This document shows positions 25,122 through 35,216 of a stretch of DNA of 64,000 nt, piece after piece (position 1 is the stretch's first letter; every line of letters begins with the position of its first letter). Below the pieces are notes generated by a model. That model was not told the origin of the DNA and did not search any database. It saw nothing but the letters and a program-made list of their open reading frames with translations. Both the position numbers and the translations under genes were made by a program. Location of the stretch: positions 22,818 through 86,817 of IMG/VR virus record IMGVR_UViG_3300013126_000015. One strand, 5' to 3'. The stretch comes from a virus. Its lineage: Duplodnaviria > Heunggongvirae > Uroviricota > Caudoviricetes.

Positions 25122-27626
25122 TTATTTACCGTTATCAACGATAATACTTGTTGAATATGTGATACCACCTAAAACATAACCTTTAGTTGAATCAGCATCA
25201 AAACCAATTCCGAAAGATTTAGCGGTACCTTTCCAAGATATTTTAGCACAATCAAGGACGGTTACCTGTTTAGTACCAATTGTAACAACATTACCATTTA
25301 CCGCAGTGATCTTAGCATGAATATCACTTGCTGATTTAGCACCAGCTGGTGTTACACAACTTCCAGCAGGAACTGGGGTTGGTGCTAATGTAGGCACTGG
25401 GGTGCTAGTTGGTGCAGCAGTTGGGACCGGTGTAGCAGTAGGTGCAACTGTTGGTACAGGTGTTGAAGTAGGAATTGCTGTTGGCACTGGAGTGCTAGTA
25501 GGCAATGGGGTACTTGTAGGTACAGCTGTAGGCACCGGTGTAGCTGTAGGAGCAACAGTTGGAACCGGAGTAGCAGTTGCAACGACTGGAGCTGGATCTA
25601 ACGTAATAGTAGTGGCTTCACAGAATACACCAGTTTGATCTTTAACACCAGCATATGTTGCTAATGATCCAGCAGCAAACGTACCTGTCCCGCCAACTAC
25701 GACACCAGTATAATGGACCATTGCGTTTGCCGTAGTAAATGCAGGGTTTGCACCTCTTAATTGAGTGAAACCGGTAATCGGTTCTTGAACACCAGAACAC
25801 GCAGGAGTATTAATAGTCAAATCCAATGTTTCAGATGCAGCAGTTCCAGCAGAATCGGTCAAATCAAATTGAATCGGATAAACACCACTGGTTCCTTGTG
25901 TACCATTAGTATTATCTGGAGCGGCTGGTGTGCCGTACAATTGAATACCATCAAATAACAAACCATTTGGAAGTGGTAAACTAACTGCATTAATAGCAAT
26001 GGTATAAGGAGCGATGCCACCAGTTACACTAATCGGTGTATTAGGCATTGCAACACCTTCAGTCAACACTGGAAGACCTAGAGTAGTAAATGCTAATGCT
26101 GGAACAGGAACAACTACTGGAGCTGGTTGACCATTAGCTAACAATACTTGAACTGTATAAGCTTTAGTAGAAACATTACCATCAGTATCAGTTACATTGA
26201 TAGAAAAGTCATATTTACCAGGAACAGTTGGAGTACCTTCAACAATACCACTATCCAACCCAACAGTCAACCCATCAGGAACTTGACCAGTTGTAGTGAT
26301 TTTATATGGAGAATTACCACCATAAACTGTAGATAATGGAGCCATTTTAGTGTTAACTTTAATATCAGCAATTGCTTCAGCTTGAGTCAATGGCATAACG
26401 TCATTGAAACCAACCATGTTTTCAGAGATAAAGTCACCTACAACAACTACAGCAGAACAATCATAAGAATAACTATCACCTTGCGTATCAGTAATAGTTA
26501 CTGCATTTAATGATGCCGCACCATGTTTACCATCTGGACCAACAGTATCACACATTTGTTCATGTGTTTCACCATCAAATGACCCAGTTGTAGCTGAACC
26601 AGTTGCAGCATTTACGCCAGATGTTAGAGCAGGATCACCATTACCAAATCTGAAGTAGGTATATTTGCGAGTAATAACTTCATCATTAGCTACTTTTTCA
26701 GCAGCACCTACATGTTCTTCTTTAGGTTGTGGTTTACAGACTTTTGGATCTGGATCAACGCAAGCTTTAGCTTTAGGTGGCTTTTGAATCAAATACCATT
26801 CAGATTCAACTTGATTAGGTTCACCATTTTGCCAATCAGGAAGACCATCACCATTTTTATCTTCATTAACTAATGCTTTAACCAATTGGTCAGCACCACC
26901 AGCAACTTTTTTACCATGTACTGACGTTTTTTCAACTCTCAACCAAACAGGTTCACCCCATTGAGCAGGAGCTGGTTCAACTTTTTCTTTAGGAGCTTGC
27001 TGAACAGGGACTACGTTAACTACCGCAGGTTGAAGAGGAATCGGTTGAGCTGGGGCTGGTTGTACTGGAGGTGGAGCTACGAACGTTGGAATTGCCATAG
27101 TAACACCAGGAGCAGATCCACCCAAACTAGCACCACGAACAAGACCAGAGCCTTGTTGATTCAACCAATAAAATCCAACGGATTTAGGAGTACCCATTGC
27201 ACCAGTTGCGAAATGTTCACATCCTGTATCAGCAGCAGATACACAAGAATGTCCACCGGTTGACCATGTTGAAGTGTCTGCAGCAATCGTACCACGAGGA
27301 CGAACACCATTTGCATCAGGTTTCAACTCGTAATGTACGATAGCATGAATTACACCAGCAGCATCAGTATATTCACCCACAGTTGGTGCACCATAACGTG
27401 CTGAATACCATGTATAGCCAATTTGAGCAGAATGCAAACCTTCAAAGTCTTGCTCAAAACCGTATGCCATTTGACCTGTATCATTCGCGACATCAAAGTT
27501 ACCAACAGATACGGCTTGTGCACCAATACCTACACCACATTTACCAAATCCATCACATATAGTGAATGCTTCTGCAGTCGTAATAAAAAATCCCAATAAT
27601 GCCGGGATGTACTTAATATATTTCAT
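25122..27626 (-). CDS. secreted protein with signal peptide, Ig-like (He_PIG-type) domains and ~70-aa Pro/Thr-rich linker; track start 27638, ATG 27626 preferred
   Basis: MKYIKYIPALLGFFITTAEA signal; TPVPT repeats; GGAGA SD before ATG 27626; GC-richer codon usage. Confidence 0.55.
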   Translation of the reverse strand: MKYIKYIPALLGFFITTAEAFTICDGFGKCGVGIGAQAVSVGNFDVANDTGQMAYGFEQDFEGLHSAQIGYTWYSARYGAPTVGEYTDAAGVIHAIVHYELKPDANGVRPRGTIAADTSTWSTGGHSCVSAADTGCEHFATGAMGTPKSVGFYWLNQQGSGLVRGASLGGSAPGVTMAIPTFVAPPPVQPAPAQPIPLQPAVVNVVPVQQAPKEKVEPAPAQWGEPVWLRVEKTSVHGKKVAGGADQLVKALVNEDKNGDGLPDWQNGEPNQVESEWYLIQKPPKAKACVDPDPKVCKPQPKEEHVGAAEKVANDEVITRKYTYFRFGNGDPALTSGVNAATGSATTGSFDGETHEQMCDTVGPDGKHGAASLNAVTITDTQGDSYSYDCSAVVVVGDFISENMVGFNDVMPLTQAEAIADIKVNTKMAPLSTVYGGNSPYKITTTGQVPDGLTVGLDSGIVEGTPTVPGKYDFSINVTDTDGNVSTKAYTVQVLLANGQPAPVVVPVPALAFTTLGLPVLTEGVAMPNTPISVTGGIAPYTIAINAVSLPLPNGLLFDGIQLYGTPAAPDNTNGTQGTSGVYPIQFDLTDSAGTAASETLDLTINTPACSGVQEPITGFTQLRGANPAFTTANAMVHYTGVVVGGTGTFAAGSLATYAGVKDQTGVFCEATTITLDPAPVVATATPVPTVAPTATPVPTAVPTSTPLPTSTPVPTAIPTSTPVPTVAPTATPVPTAAPTSTPVPTLAPTPVPAGSCVTPAGAKSASDIHAKITAVNGNVVTIGTKQVTVLDCAKISWKGTAKSFGIGFDADSTKGYVLGGITYSTSIIVDNGK

Positions 27627-27736
27627 TAATTTCTCCATAAAAATTTAAATTGTCAGCGTCAATATTATCAGACACTAATATATATTTATGGTAATGCTAC
27701 CATAAATTCTGTGTGTTATATCAAAGATTTATAATT

Positions 27737-28015
27737 TTAATGTTGATCTAATAATTTATTAATATCTTGAAATAAAGTATCAGGTAACAGGTTGAAATCT
27801 TGTTCTTCGATGAGAAAGCATCGCCATTGATCATTATAATGGATTGATAGTATCAATGCTCCATCTGGGTCGAATGTGAAATTGCATCTATATTCATCAG
27901 TATTATATCTGACAGAAAATAGATGCAATAACGCATATAGGTTTTGAAAGGTAGGGAAAGTCAAATTATCTGCAGGAGAACAGGTAGTATGACCATGTGC
28001 AAATGGTCCTGGCAT
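27737..28015 (-). CDS. hypothetical protein (92 aa)
   Basis: ORF. Confidence 0.4.
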   Translation of the reverse strand: MPGPFAHGHTTCSPADNLTFPTFQNLYALLHLFSVRYNTDEYRCNFTFDPDGALILSIHYNDQWRCFLIEEQDFNLLPDTLFQDINKLLDQH

Positions 28016-28023
28016 GATTAGTC

Positions 28024-28162
28024 CTTATCTGTTTACTATCCAGTTAAAAAGTTGAATAACACCAACAACAATCAGCATACCACCTATTCCCATTATAATT
28101 TCAATAAATTGTTTAATGTTAGCTGAATTTTCAGTAATGATCTGATTGAAAATATTTAACAT
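28024..28162 (-). CDS. small membrane peptide (45 aa) overlapping upstream stop (ATGTTAA)
   Basis: unlisted ORF MLNIFNQIITENSANIKQFIEIIMGIGGMLIVVGVIQLF... Confidence 0.3.
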
Positions 28163-28407
28163 GATTTTACTCCAAATTTTTCTCTAATTTCAAAACAAAA
28201 TTGATGTGGTGGGGACATTTCAGACAAACCATTTTCTGTTTGTATTTTAGATGTTTCCACGATGGTTTTAATACATTCTTCAATGATCATTGAAGAAAAT
28301 ATATTTAAAAATTGAGTATCATCATCTAATGCACCCCATATAGGATCACCGTATCCATCGAAATTAAGTCCGGCAGTTTTAGCAATTTCTTTAATTTTCT
28401 CGTTCAT
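28156..28407 (-). CDS. hypothetical protein (83 aa)
   Basis: ORF. Confidence 0.45.
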   Translation of the reverse strand: MNEKIKEIAKTAGLNFDGYGDPIWGALDDDTQFLNIFSSMIIEECIKTIVETSKIQTENGLSEMSPPHQFCFEIREKFGVKSC

Positions 28408-28687
28408 TTATGTTACACAATTGGTTGAAAGTTGGAATACATTTTTTACACTGCACCCCAACTTGTAATATTTCTCTTATTTGTTCAATTGGGGTGCCAG
28501 TTATCAATAATTTTATTATATCACGATCTGATACCTTTTTGCAAACACAAATTATCATTTTTTCAACTTATTGATCGCTTCAATGATATAAATGCCAGTG
28601 AAAGATATGTATCCTGCGACATAATATAGTACATCATTCGTAAAAAATAGATTAATAATAGCAATAGCAGTTAAGAAGTATAACATA

Positions 28688-29761
28688 TTAGGTACCAGCT
28701 CTTGTACGATTCAATTTACCAATAGTAAATCCTAAATTAATATAATAATGTAATTTAATATCATCATTGTATGAAATTCTTTTTTCTGAAATACCATCTG
28801 TCAAATATATTTTTTTAATTCTACCTTTCACCCAACCGCTGGATTCATATTTTTCCAGATCATCTATTGAAATTCGTTTTTCTGTGTGTTCATTGTATAC
28901 ATATATTTTACCAGATGTTGGATTACCACGAGTCCATCCATCATTAATATATGCATTTACTTCTTCAAGTGGAACCCGTTTATATGAATTTTCACGTTTT
29001 ATATAAATCAAATCAGCTACAGTACTCGACAATTCATACCCACAATCCAAATACTCAGCAAGTTTAATAGATGGAACTTTTTTTAGTTTACCGTCCTTTT
29101 TAATAACTTTATAATCTTGCTGATTATGGTGGTATTCCCATCCATCAGAGATGTATTGTTCCAGCAGGGATTTTTTTATATATGATAGTTTACCATTTTT
29201 CTTTACAAAAATACAATCTTTAGCTGAAGAATTTCCTAGTATCCATCCACTAGCTAAATAAGAATCTACGTGATCTGGAAGAACCATTTTATTTTGGATG
29301 CCATCTGTAATATATACTCTCTTAATTCCTTTTTGTTGCCATCCTTGCTCAAGATAATAATCTACCATTTTAGGATTCACCATTTTAAATGTATGACCCT
29401 TGGATATTATAATATACCCACTTACGTCTGGAACATGTCCGCAGTTGCAATTCAAACACAAAGGAGCGTCAAAAACCTTTTTTATTTGTAATATATTTTT
29501 TTCGATTTGTATAGCAGATTCTGCATCACTTAAATAAAATAAAACTGATCTCTGATATGGAGTCCCACATTCTTTTAATTTAAGAGCTAGTTTACCAGAA
29601 CAAAAATATCGATCATTATCTAAGCATGAAGTTGAATGTTTTCCGATATAATAGTGACCTGAATCAAATTCAATATAGTACACAGTATGGTACCTTCCAT
29701 CTGTTCCAACTGTTTGGTTCGTTTGAACATTTTTAAATTTGTTAATTATATAATTTTTCAT
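28688..29761 (-). CDS. GIY-YIG homing endonuclease (Seg-like) with six C-terminal ~30-aa repeats (I(Y/F)V..DG..KRI....L..Y..SGW..G)
   Basis: YYIEF...GHYYIGK GIY-YIG motif; tandem repeats visible in translation. Confidence 0.65.
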   Translation of the reverse strand: MKNYIINKFKNVQTNQTVGTDGRYHTVYYIEFDSGHYYIGKHSTSCLDNDRYFCSGKLALKLKECGTPYQRSVLFYLSDAESAIQIEKNILQIKKVFDAPLCLNCNCGHVPDVSGYIIISKGHTFKMVNPKMVDYYLEQGWQQKGIKRVYITDGIQNKMVLPDHVDSYLASGWILGNSSAKDCIFVKKNGKLSYIKKSLLEQYISDGWEYHHNQQDYKVIKKDGKLKKVPSIKLAEYLDCGYELSSTVADLIYIKRENSYKRVPLEEVNAYINDGWTRGNPTSGKIYVYNEHTEKRISIDDLEKYESSGWVKGRIKKIYLTDGISEKRISYNDDIKLHYYINLGFTIGKLNRTRAGT

Positions 29762-29821
29762 AAGTCTCCATAATTATCACGATAAAATATTTATCAAAAT
29801 TATGGAGACATTGACGTTTAA

Positions 29822-31282
29822 CTATGCTCTAGCTCGTGATTTTACTTCGTCCCACGACTGCCGGTATTCTCTAAACCCGTCTTTGTACCACAATCTCCAT
29901 CCAGCCGCTGGAGTCAAAAAATTAAAGATATTTCCTTCTGATATAGCGTCATATACTTCAATGTCACCATTTTCATTCTCTCTGCAGCGAACTAATCCTT
30001 TTAATGATTTTTTTCCAGAATCAGTAATAGGATCTTTAATAGTAGCAACCCATTTTCCATATCTAAAATTTGCAGTTGATTTGAAACTGAAACCAAAATC
30101 ATCACGCGAACCAAAATGGGTGATACCTGCTCCAGAACCTAAGCAAAAGTTGTCCATAGCAAAGCCAGCATCAACCCACCCTTGACAAATTTCTCGAACT
30201 GTATTTACTTTTACACCATCTCCCTGTATTACACCAGTTGATGGGTGTAATACCTTGTACCCTTTATTATTAATAGTTACCCCAAAGGTAGCTTCCCAAT
30301 CTTTGCCTACTAATCCTGGTTCGATTGTCATATCTCCGGTATCTGGTCTAGCAATCATGCGCCCACCAGATGCCAAAATTCTATCTTTTAATCTAGTACC
30401 AAGATATTCTCTCACAAATCTTCTTGAATCATATGTATCAATCACTGCTGACATAAATGGTAAACCAATGCCGCGTTTATGTCTTTCCACTGCCTCAAAT
30501 AATCTATCTACTACCATAACAGCTGCACCGAAATCATCTTTATTTTCCGCATCTGAATGAGCACATGATACACTATGTTCACTCGCTTCAATAGATGAAG
30601 TTGATGGTTTATATGTTCCATACAAGCGTTTAATATACCCATTTGCTCTAATACAGTCTGACCCATCAAATAGTGCGGCATGTGCAATACCAGAGATTAC
30701 TGCTGCTTCATCTGGACTATCAGCACTTCTGTCGCCAAACTCATGCATCATGTAGTTAACATTGGTGGTGTCAGTTCCGGTAAGTTCACAGAATTCTATA
30801 AGAGTCAACCTCATTGCTCTGCAAACAGATGCAACAGTAGACATTTTCCAAATCAATGCTTGTGAAAATGTTTCAAAATAGGTTACTAACCACGCAAAAT
30901 TAGACACAGTATTAATAATACCAACTATTGGCGTTTGTGGTGCAACTATTCGGCCTTCTTCTACTCCATAAATTGCTAATGGTATTTTTCCATCAAGTTC
31001 TCGTACAATACGTTCCCATCCTTCTCTATTGAAGTGGTATCCTTGTTCAGTAACTTCAACTTCTGCTTCATCAATCATTTCCATTGTGATTCTAGTAGCT
31101 GCAAAAATTGAAGATAATAGGGTAATACCCATTGAAACAATATGGGTAGAATATGAACTTGACTTTCGTGGAACCATATTTGCATAACCATATTCGTCGC
31201 CAGTAGGTGCTTCTAGCCAGTGATTAATTTTATACCCATCTGCACACAAAATTATATTAAATGGTTTTAAATGTTCTAACAT
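29822..31282 (-). CDS. nadV: nicotinamide phosphoribosyltransferase
   Basis: full-length NAMPT-like translation; GAGGA SD. Confidence 0.75.
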   Translation of the reverse strand: MLEHLKPFNIILCADGYKINHWLEAPTGDEYGYANMVPRKSSSYSTHIVSMGITLLSSIFAATRITMEMIDEAEVEVTEQGYHFNREGWERIVRELDGKIPLAIYGVEEGRIVAPQTPIVGIINTVSNFAWLVTYFETFSQALIWKMSTVASVCRAMRLTLIEFCELTGTDTTNVNYMMHEFGDRSADSPDEAAVISGIAHAALFDGSDCIRANGYIKRLYGTYKPSTSSIEASEHSVSCAHSDAENKDDFGAAVMVVDRLFEAVERHKRGIGLPFMSAVIDTYDSRRFVREYLGTRLKDRILASGGRMIARPDTGDMTIEPGLVGKDWEATFGVTINNKGYKVLHPSTGVIQGDGVKVNTVREICQGWVDAGFAMDNFCLGSGAGITHFGSRDDFGFSFKSTANFRYGKWVATIKDPITDSGKKSLKGLVRCRENENGDIEVYDAISEGNIFNFLTPAAGWRLWYKDGFREYRQSWDEVKSRARA

Positions 31283-31376
31283 AATGAAATCCTCATTGTT
31301 TTTATAAAAATTGGTGGAAGGTCTATCCCTCCACCATAAAATTATATTATATCATAATAATATAATTAGTCAACTA

Positions 31377-32618
31377 TTATTTACCTTTTAGTGCACTTGC
31401 CAATTGACCGAACCAATCTGAAATCTTATCAGATGAAATCATCCATTGTGGGAGTGCTGGCAGTTTACCATCCCATTTTTTATACGGTTCCGCTTGTGCT
31501 ACCATGATAGAGGTTTCAGCTTCATAGCGATCAGCTTTTAATGTTTCTAATCGGTTGACAGAAGAATCTCTTGCATATTGGCTTACTACTAAATCGGTAA
31601 TACTCTTTTGTAAAGATGGGTCCAGTCTCATATCAGATGAAATCCCAATATACTCAATGGTGATTCCCATTTTTTTGTATTCGGTGATCATTTGTTTTTC
31701 AACTGACTGCAAAATTTCACTTTTCTTTGCCAGCATTTCCTTGAATGGGAACTTAGCAAATTCAGAAAAATAGGCAGACTTGATTCGAGCATGTACCCTA
31801 GTGTTCATTACATTATTGAGTGATTTGCCTTGCAAAACAGATGGGAAATTTCGTTCATCGTCCGTCCCACCGGTTGCTGCTTCAACACCAAACCAATAAA
31901 GGTATTTTGCTGCATCTTCTTCTAGAACATTTGCACCAATTGATACATCAAAGCATGCTGAAATAGAATCTTCTGATTCAACACACACTTCTTGGTTAGT
32001 AGGTGATTCTGGTGTATTGGTTTTAGTCCAGTTAACAACATATGGAGTCCGATCTAGTAATACTAAAATTGCACCCGGAACATAATAATCAATTGCACCT
32101 GAGTTTTTCAAAACAACGTGTGGAATTTGGATACGTTTTGCACCAACTTTTTTGTCATTCAAAAATGCTTCTGATTCAAATTGTTTCTGGCTATCTTTTG
32201 TTTCACCGGTTGCTGGGATCAAGAATGCAGAATGGTTAGGGAGAACGTTTACATTTTCAGCCCAATCTTGTCTTGAATAATATGCGTTAGCATCTTTGAC
32301 TACAAAATTGGTCACCAAGACCATCATTCCTAGTACAACCAATGTTTTGGATGATTTATCAAATAATGATTTAATATTGTTCCACCATAGCCCAATTATG
32401 GCAAGCAATAGCACCCCAGATGATAGACCACCGGACATGCTTTTAAAAAATTCCATTCCGGTCATGCTTTTTGCATAACTAGCGATGCTATCATCAAATT
32501 GACTTACCGCAATAGCACCAGCTTCTGCAGTACCAACCGCAGCAGTATAGATACCCAAATACTTCCATCCAGTAATGGCAAGTAGTGTCAAACAAAGTTT
32601 AAAAATTATAGTCTTCAT
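31377..32618 (-). CDS. SPFH/band-7 (prohibitin-like) membrane protein
   Basis: N-terminal TM segments; C-terminal A/E-rich SPFH-like region. Confidence 0.4.
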   Translation of the reverse strand: MKTIIFKLCLTLLAITGWKYLGIYTAAVGTAEAGAIAVSQFDDSIASYAKSMTGMEFFKSMSGGLSSGVLLLAIIGLWWNNIKSLFDKSSKTLVVLGMMVLVTNFVVKDANAYYSRQDWAENVNVLPNHSAFLIPATGETKDSQKQFESEAFLNDKKVGAKRIQIPHVVLKNSGAIDYYVPGAILVLLDRTPYVVNWTKTNTPESPTNQEVCVESEDSISACFDVSIGANVLEEDAAKYLYWFGVEAATGGTDDERNFPSVLQGKSLNNVMNTRVHARIKSAYFSEFAKFPFKEMLAKKSEILQSVEKQMITEYKKMGITIEYIGISSDMRLDPSLQKSITDLVVSQYARDSSVNRLETLKADRYEAETSIMVAQAEPYKKWDGKLPALPQWMISSDKISDWFGQLASALKGK

Positions 32619-32684
32619 TGTTTACCTTATGTTATATTAAAAAATTGTGTTACACCGTAAGTATAGCATGTTTATAAAAAAGTG

Positions 32685-33050
32685 TCAATAGTCTCTATCA
32701 AAATAGTGTTTAAAACATGCTTCATCTTTATAATGTTCCTTTACATAATCGATGTACTCCGGTGGTGGTTTTATGATACCTATTTTACCATTTGCAGGAT
32801 CATATACAACCCATCGTTCTCCAGTTTTTAATGGGTACGGTTGTTTATTCAAGAATAATAGGAATGCCTTGTGTTTTGCGAATTCTTCTAATTCTTGATA
32901 TATAGTTGGATGATTTGCATAGTTTTTTGGATTTTTTTGAATCCAATTTATACAGTTTACTAAATGTCCAATAGCCATATCTTTTATCAATGTTGCTCTA
33001 CCGTCTGCTGAACCCCATTGTATATTACCTATTTCTTCAATACTTTTCAT
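32685..33050 (-). CDS. hypothetical protein (121 aa); start trimmed to ATG 33050 (GGTGA SD)
   Basis: ORF between nadV and natV. Confidence 0.4.
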   Translation of the reverse strand: MKSIEEIGNIQWGSADGRATLIKDMAIGHLVNCINWIQKNPKNYANHPTIYQELEEFAKHKAFLLFLNKQPYPLKTGERWVVYDPANGKIGIIKPPPEYIDYVKEHYKDEACFKHYFDRDY

Positions 33051-33054
33051 TTTA

Positions 33055-34089
33055 TCACCTGCATATTGAAACACCCCAAGTAATTATCGAAAGATGGTCC
33101 TCGAACAAATATTCCTCCATATCTAATACATCATCAATTGGAAACCACTTGGCAAATCTAGCATCATCAGATCCTTTAACTTTAGACAACGGTCCAGATG
33201 GTAATTCTATTGCATAAGCATGTGTGATAGTTCGTCCTCGCAATGATCGTGACGGTTTATCGAACACCTGCGTTCCTTTTATAGAACCTCTTAATACTGG
33301 CTCTGGTATTTTGATTTTAGTTTCTTCCCTTAACTCTCTTATAACACCATCAATCAAATATTCGGACTGGTTTACAAATCCCCCAGGAAGTGCCCATAAT
33401 CCTTTTCCAGGACTCGCTTTACGTTGCACCAATAGGACATGACCTGATTGAATCACAACAGCGTCAGTGGTCACAAAAGTGGGTGGGTATGGAGCATTGT
33501 CCCAGGATTTTTTATAACCTTGAATATGATTAAACTCATCAACCAGATTTTTATAATCATCACTTTTTGTCCACTCTCTTAAATCGTTCTGCAGTTGGGA
33601 ATCAATTAACGGTCTATCTTTCCAATTAAATATTGCTCCAGTAAATAATTGTTCCCGGACAGTGGTTGCATCAATATCAATGATATGATCGGTATTAATA
33701 AAATCCCATTGTGGGAAATAATCAATATAATAGGAAGTAGAATCTTTTTTGCAGCCCACGATACCAATTTTTGGATCGGTAATGCCACATGTTTCTTTTT
33801 TGACTATTCGTTGAACTTGTTGAATCCACTCTTGATCAACTCGGAAATCACGGATACCATGACAACTAATTCTGGATGAATCTTGTTTTGGTAGTTGATT
33901 CAGTAACATTGCAGCACGTTCATACCACTTCCACGGGTTTTTAATCGTTCGTGGTTGAAAGCTGGAGCCGAATAATACTATTACTTTATTTGAACGTTCT
34001 AATGCTGTAGTTACATTATGAACATGTGCGTGAGTTGGTGGTTGCATTCTGCCAATGTATACAATGGCATCATATTTTTGTTTTGTCAT
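33055..34089 (-). CDS. natV: bifunctional NMN adenylyltransferase / Nudix ADP-ribose pyrophosphatase
   Basis: N-terminal HxxH nucleotidyltransferase motif (PPTHAHVH) plus Nudix box (GGFVNQSEYLIDGVIRELREETK). Confidence 0.7.
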   Translation of the reverse strand: MTKQKYDAIVYIGRMQPPTHAHVHNVTTALERSNKVIVLFGSSFQPRTIKNPWKWYERAAMLLNQLPKQDSSRISCHGIRDFRVDQEWIQQVQRIVKKETCGITDPKIGIVGCKKDSTSYYIDYFPQWDFINTDHIIDIDATTVREQLFTGAIFNWKDRPLIDSQLQNDLREWTKSDDYKNLVDEFNHIQGYKKSWDNAPYPPTFVTTDAVVIQSGHVLLVQRKASPGKGLWALPGGFVNQSEYLIDGVIRELREETKIKIPEPVLRGSIKGTQVFDKPSRSLRGRTITHAYAIELPSGPLSKVKGSDDARFAKWFPIDDVLDMEEYLFEDHLSIITWGVSICR

Positions 34090-34139
34090 AAGGAATCCCC
34101 TTAAAGTTAAAAGTCGCTGTCTATCAGCTGTAAGTATTT

Positions 34140-34168
34140 ATTATATTATCAAATTAACCTAATGTCAA
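34140..34168 (-). promoter_or_regulatory. consensus sigma70 promoter for natV (TTGACA 34168-34163, 17 nt, TATAAT 34145-34140)
   Basis: read directly. Confidence 0.6.
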
Positions 34169-34410
34169 GAATATTTTAATACAAACGCATTAAAATATTT
34201 TTCAGAATCAAATGTAATTCCAGTTTCGTTGTTGTATGTCCATAATACTGCATGGCAATTGTATAGGTAAAACATTGAGTTTATAAAATTTATACGAATA
34301 GATTCTGGCATATCATAATAAAATTCGTATTCATCCCTAAATTGGTTAAAAAAGTTATTATACCCAATGTCATAATGTGATTTTAAAATATGTGTATATT
34401 TCATGCCCAT
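34165..34410 (-). CDS. tandem paralog family II small protein (...YFNAFVLKYS)
   Basis: C-terminal motif. Confidence 0.5.
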   Translation of the reverse strand: MGMKYTHILKSHYDIGYNNFFNQFRDEYEFYYDMPESIRINFINSMFYLYNCHAVLWTYNNETGITFDSEKYFNAFVLKYS

Positions 34411-34727
34411 TTCAACAAGAATAATGTTCTATCTTTTTCATATTTAAAATAAAAATAATTATTTATTACAGTATATCTATCACTACAGTGCTTCCGTAAA
34501 TAATCATGAAAATTAAATATTGCATGAACATCAAACTCATGGGCATCCACTATAAACTGATCATGTGCTTCATGACATGTGAATTTAGGTTTTTTAAATG
34601 CAGCATCTCCTGCTAGGACCCAATTAGTGCCATCAAACTTCATCATAGTATTCGTTTGGGTGTTATAATAAACTGTACCAACCGCTGGAGCAGCCGTTGT
34701 GTAAGTAAATGCTATATTATGAACCAT
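34401..34727 (-). CDS. family II small protein (...DRTLFLLKWA)
   Basis: C-terminal motif. Confidence 0.5.
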   Translation of the reverse strand: MVHNIAFTYTTAAPAVGTVYYNTQTNTMMKFDGTNWVLAGDAAFKKPKFTCHEAHDQFIVDAHEFDVHAIFNFHDYLRKHCSDRYTVINNYFYFKYEKDRTLFLLKWA

Positions 34728-34986
34728 ATTTTAATAAAAACATTGTAAATTTTGCTTCATCATGGACTATTATATCATCTAGTATCGCTCCATCAATATA
34801 TACCATTTCGATCTTATACTCTTTTTTCATAGTATTCACCATCTGGGTTTCCGTAATAGGATAATCGCCGCTATTCCACCAATTATTTATTGCTGTTTTT
34901 GCTCTATTAATTCTTTCCCGTTTATCAGTTAGAGATTGTGCATACTTTCTAGTATGTTCGGCTACAGTGGTAATATTTTGTTTCAT
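34717..34986 (-). CDS. family II small protein (...KFTMFLLKYGS)
   Basis: C-terminal motif. Confidence 0.5.
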   Translation of the reverse strand: MKQNITTVAEHTRKYAQSLTDKRERINRAKTAINNWWNSGDYPITETQMVNTMKKEYKIEMVYIDGAILDDIIVHDEAKFTMFLLKYGS

Positions 34987-35216
34987 GATAAATACATTAT
35001 GTCTAGAATAAATCCACCGGCAGGTTATGCAAATTGGAATACATACATTGAAGCAATGGCTGATGCTAGTTCTGATCAGAGCATCACTAATCGTCGTAAG
35101 ATAAAACGTGATATTAAATTAGGAATGATCGCTGCAATTGAACGTTCCACCAATAGAATTAATCATACCTATAATAGTCCAGGAACAGTTGCACCAGCTC
35201 CACATCATCCGTGGGA

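Noticed and set aside
25385-27263. ORFs inside the 838-aa secreted-protein gene (25385..25582, 25402..25638, 25761..25958, 26148..26336, 26961..27263)
   Set aside because: They are frame or antisense artefacts of the repetitive PT-linker and GC-richer coding region.
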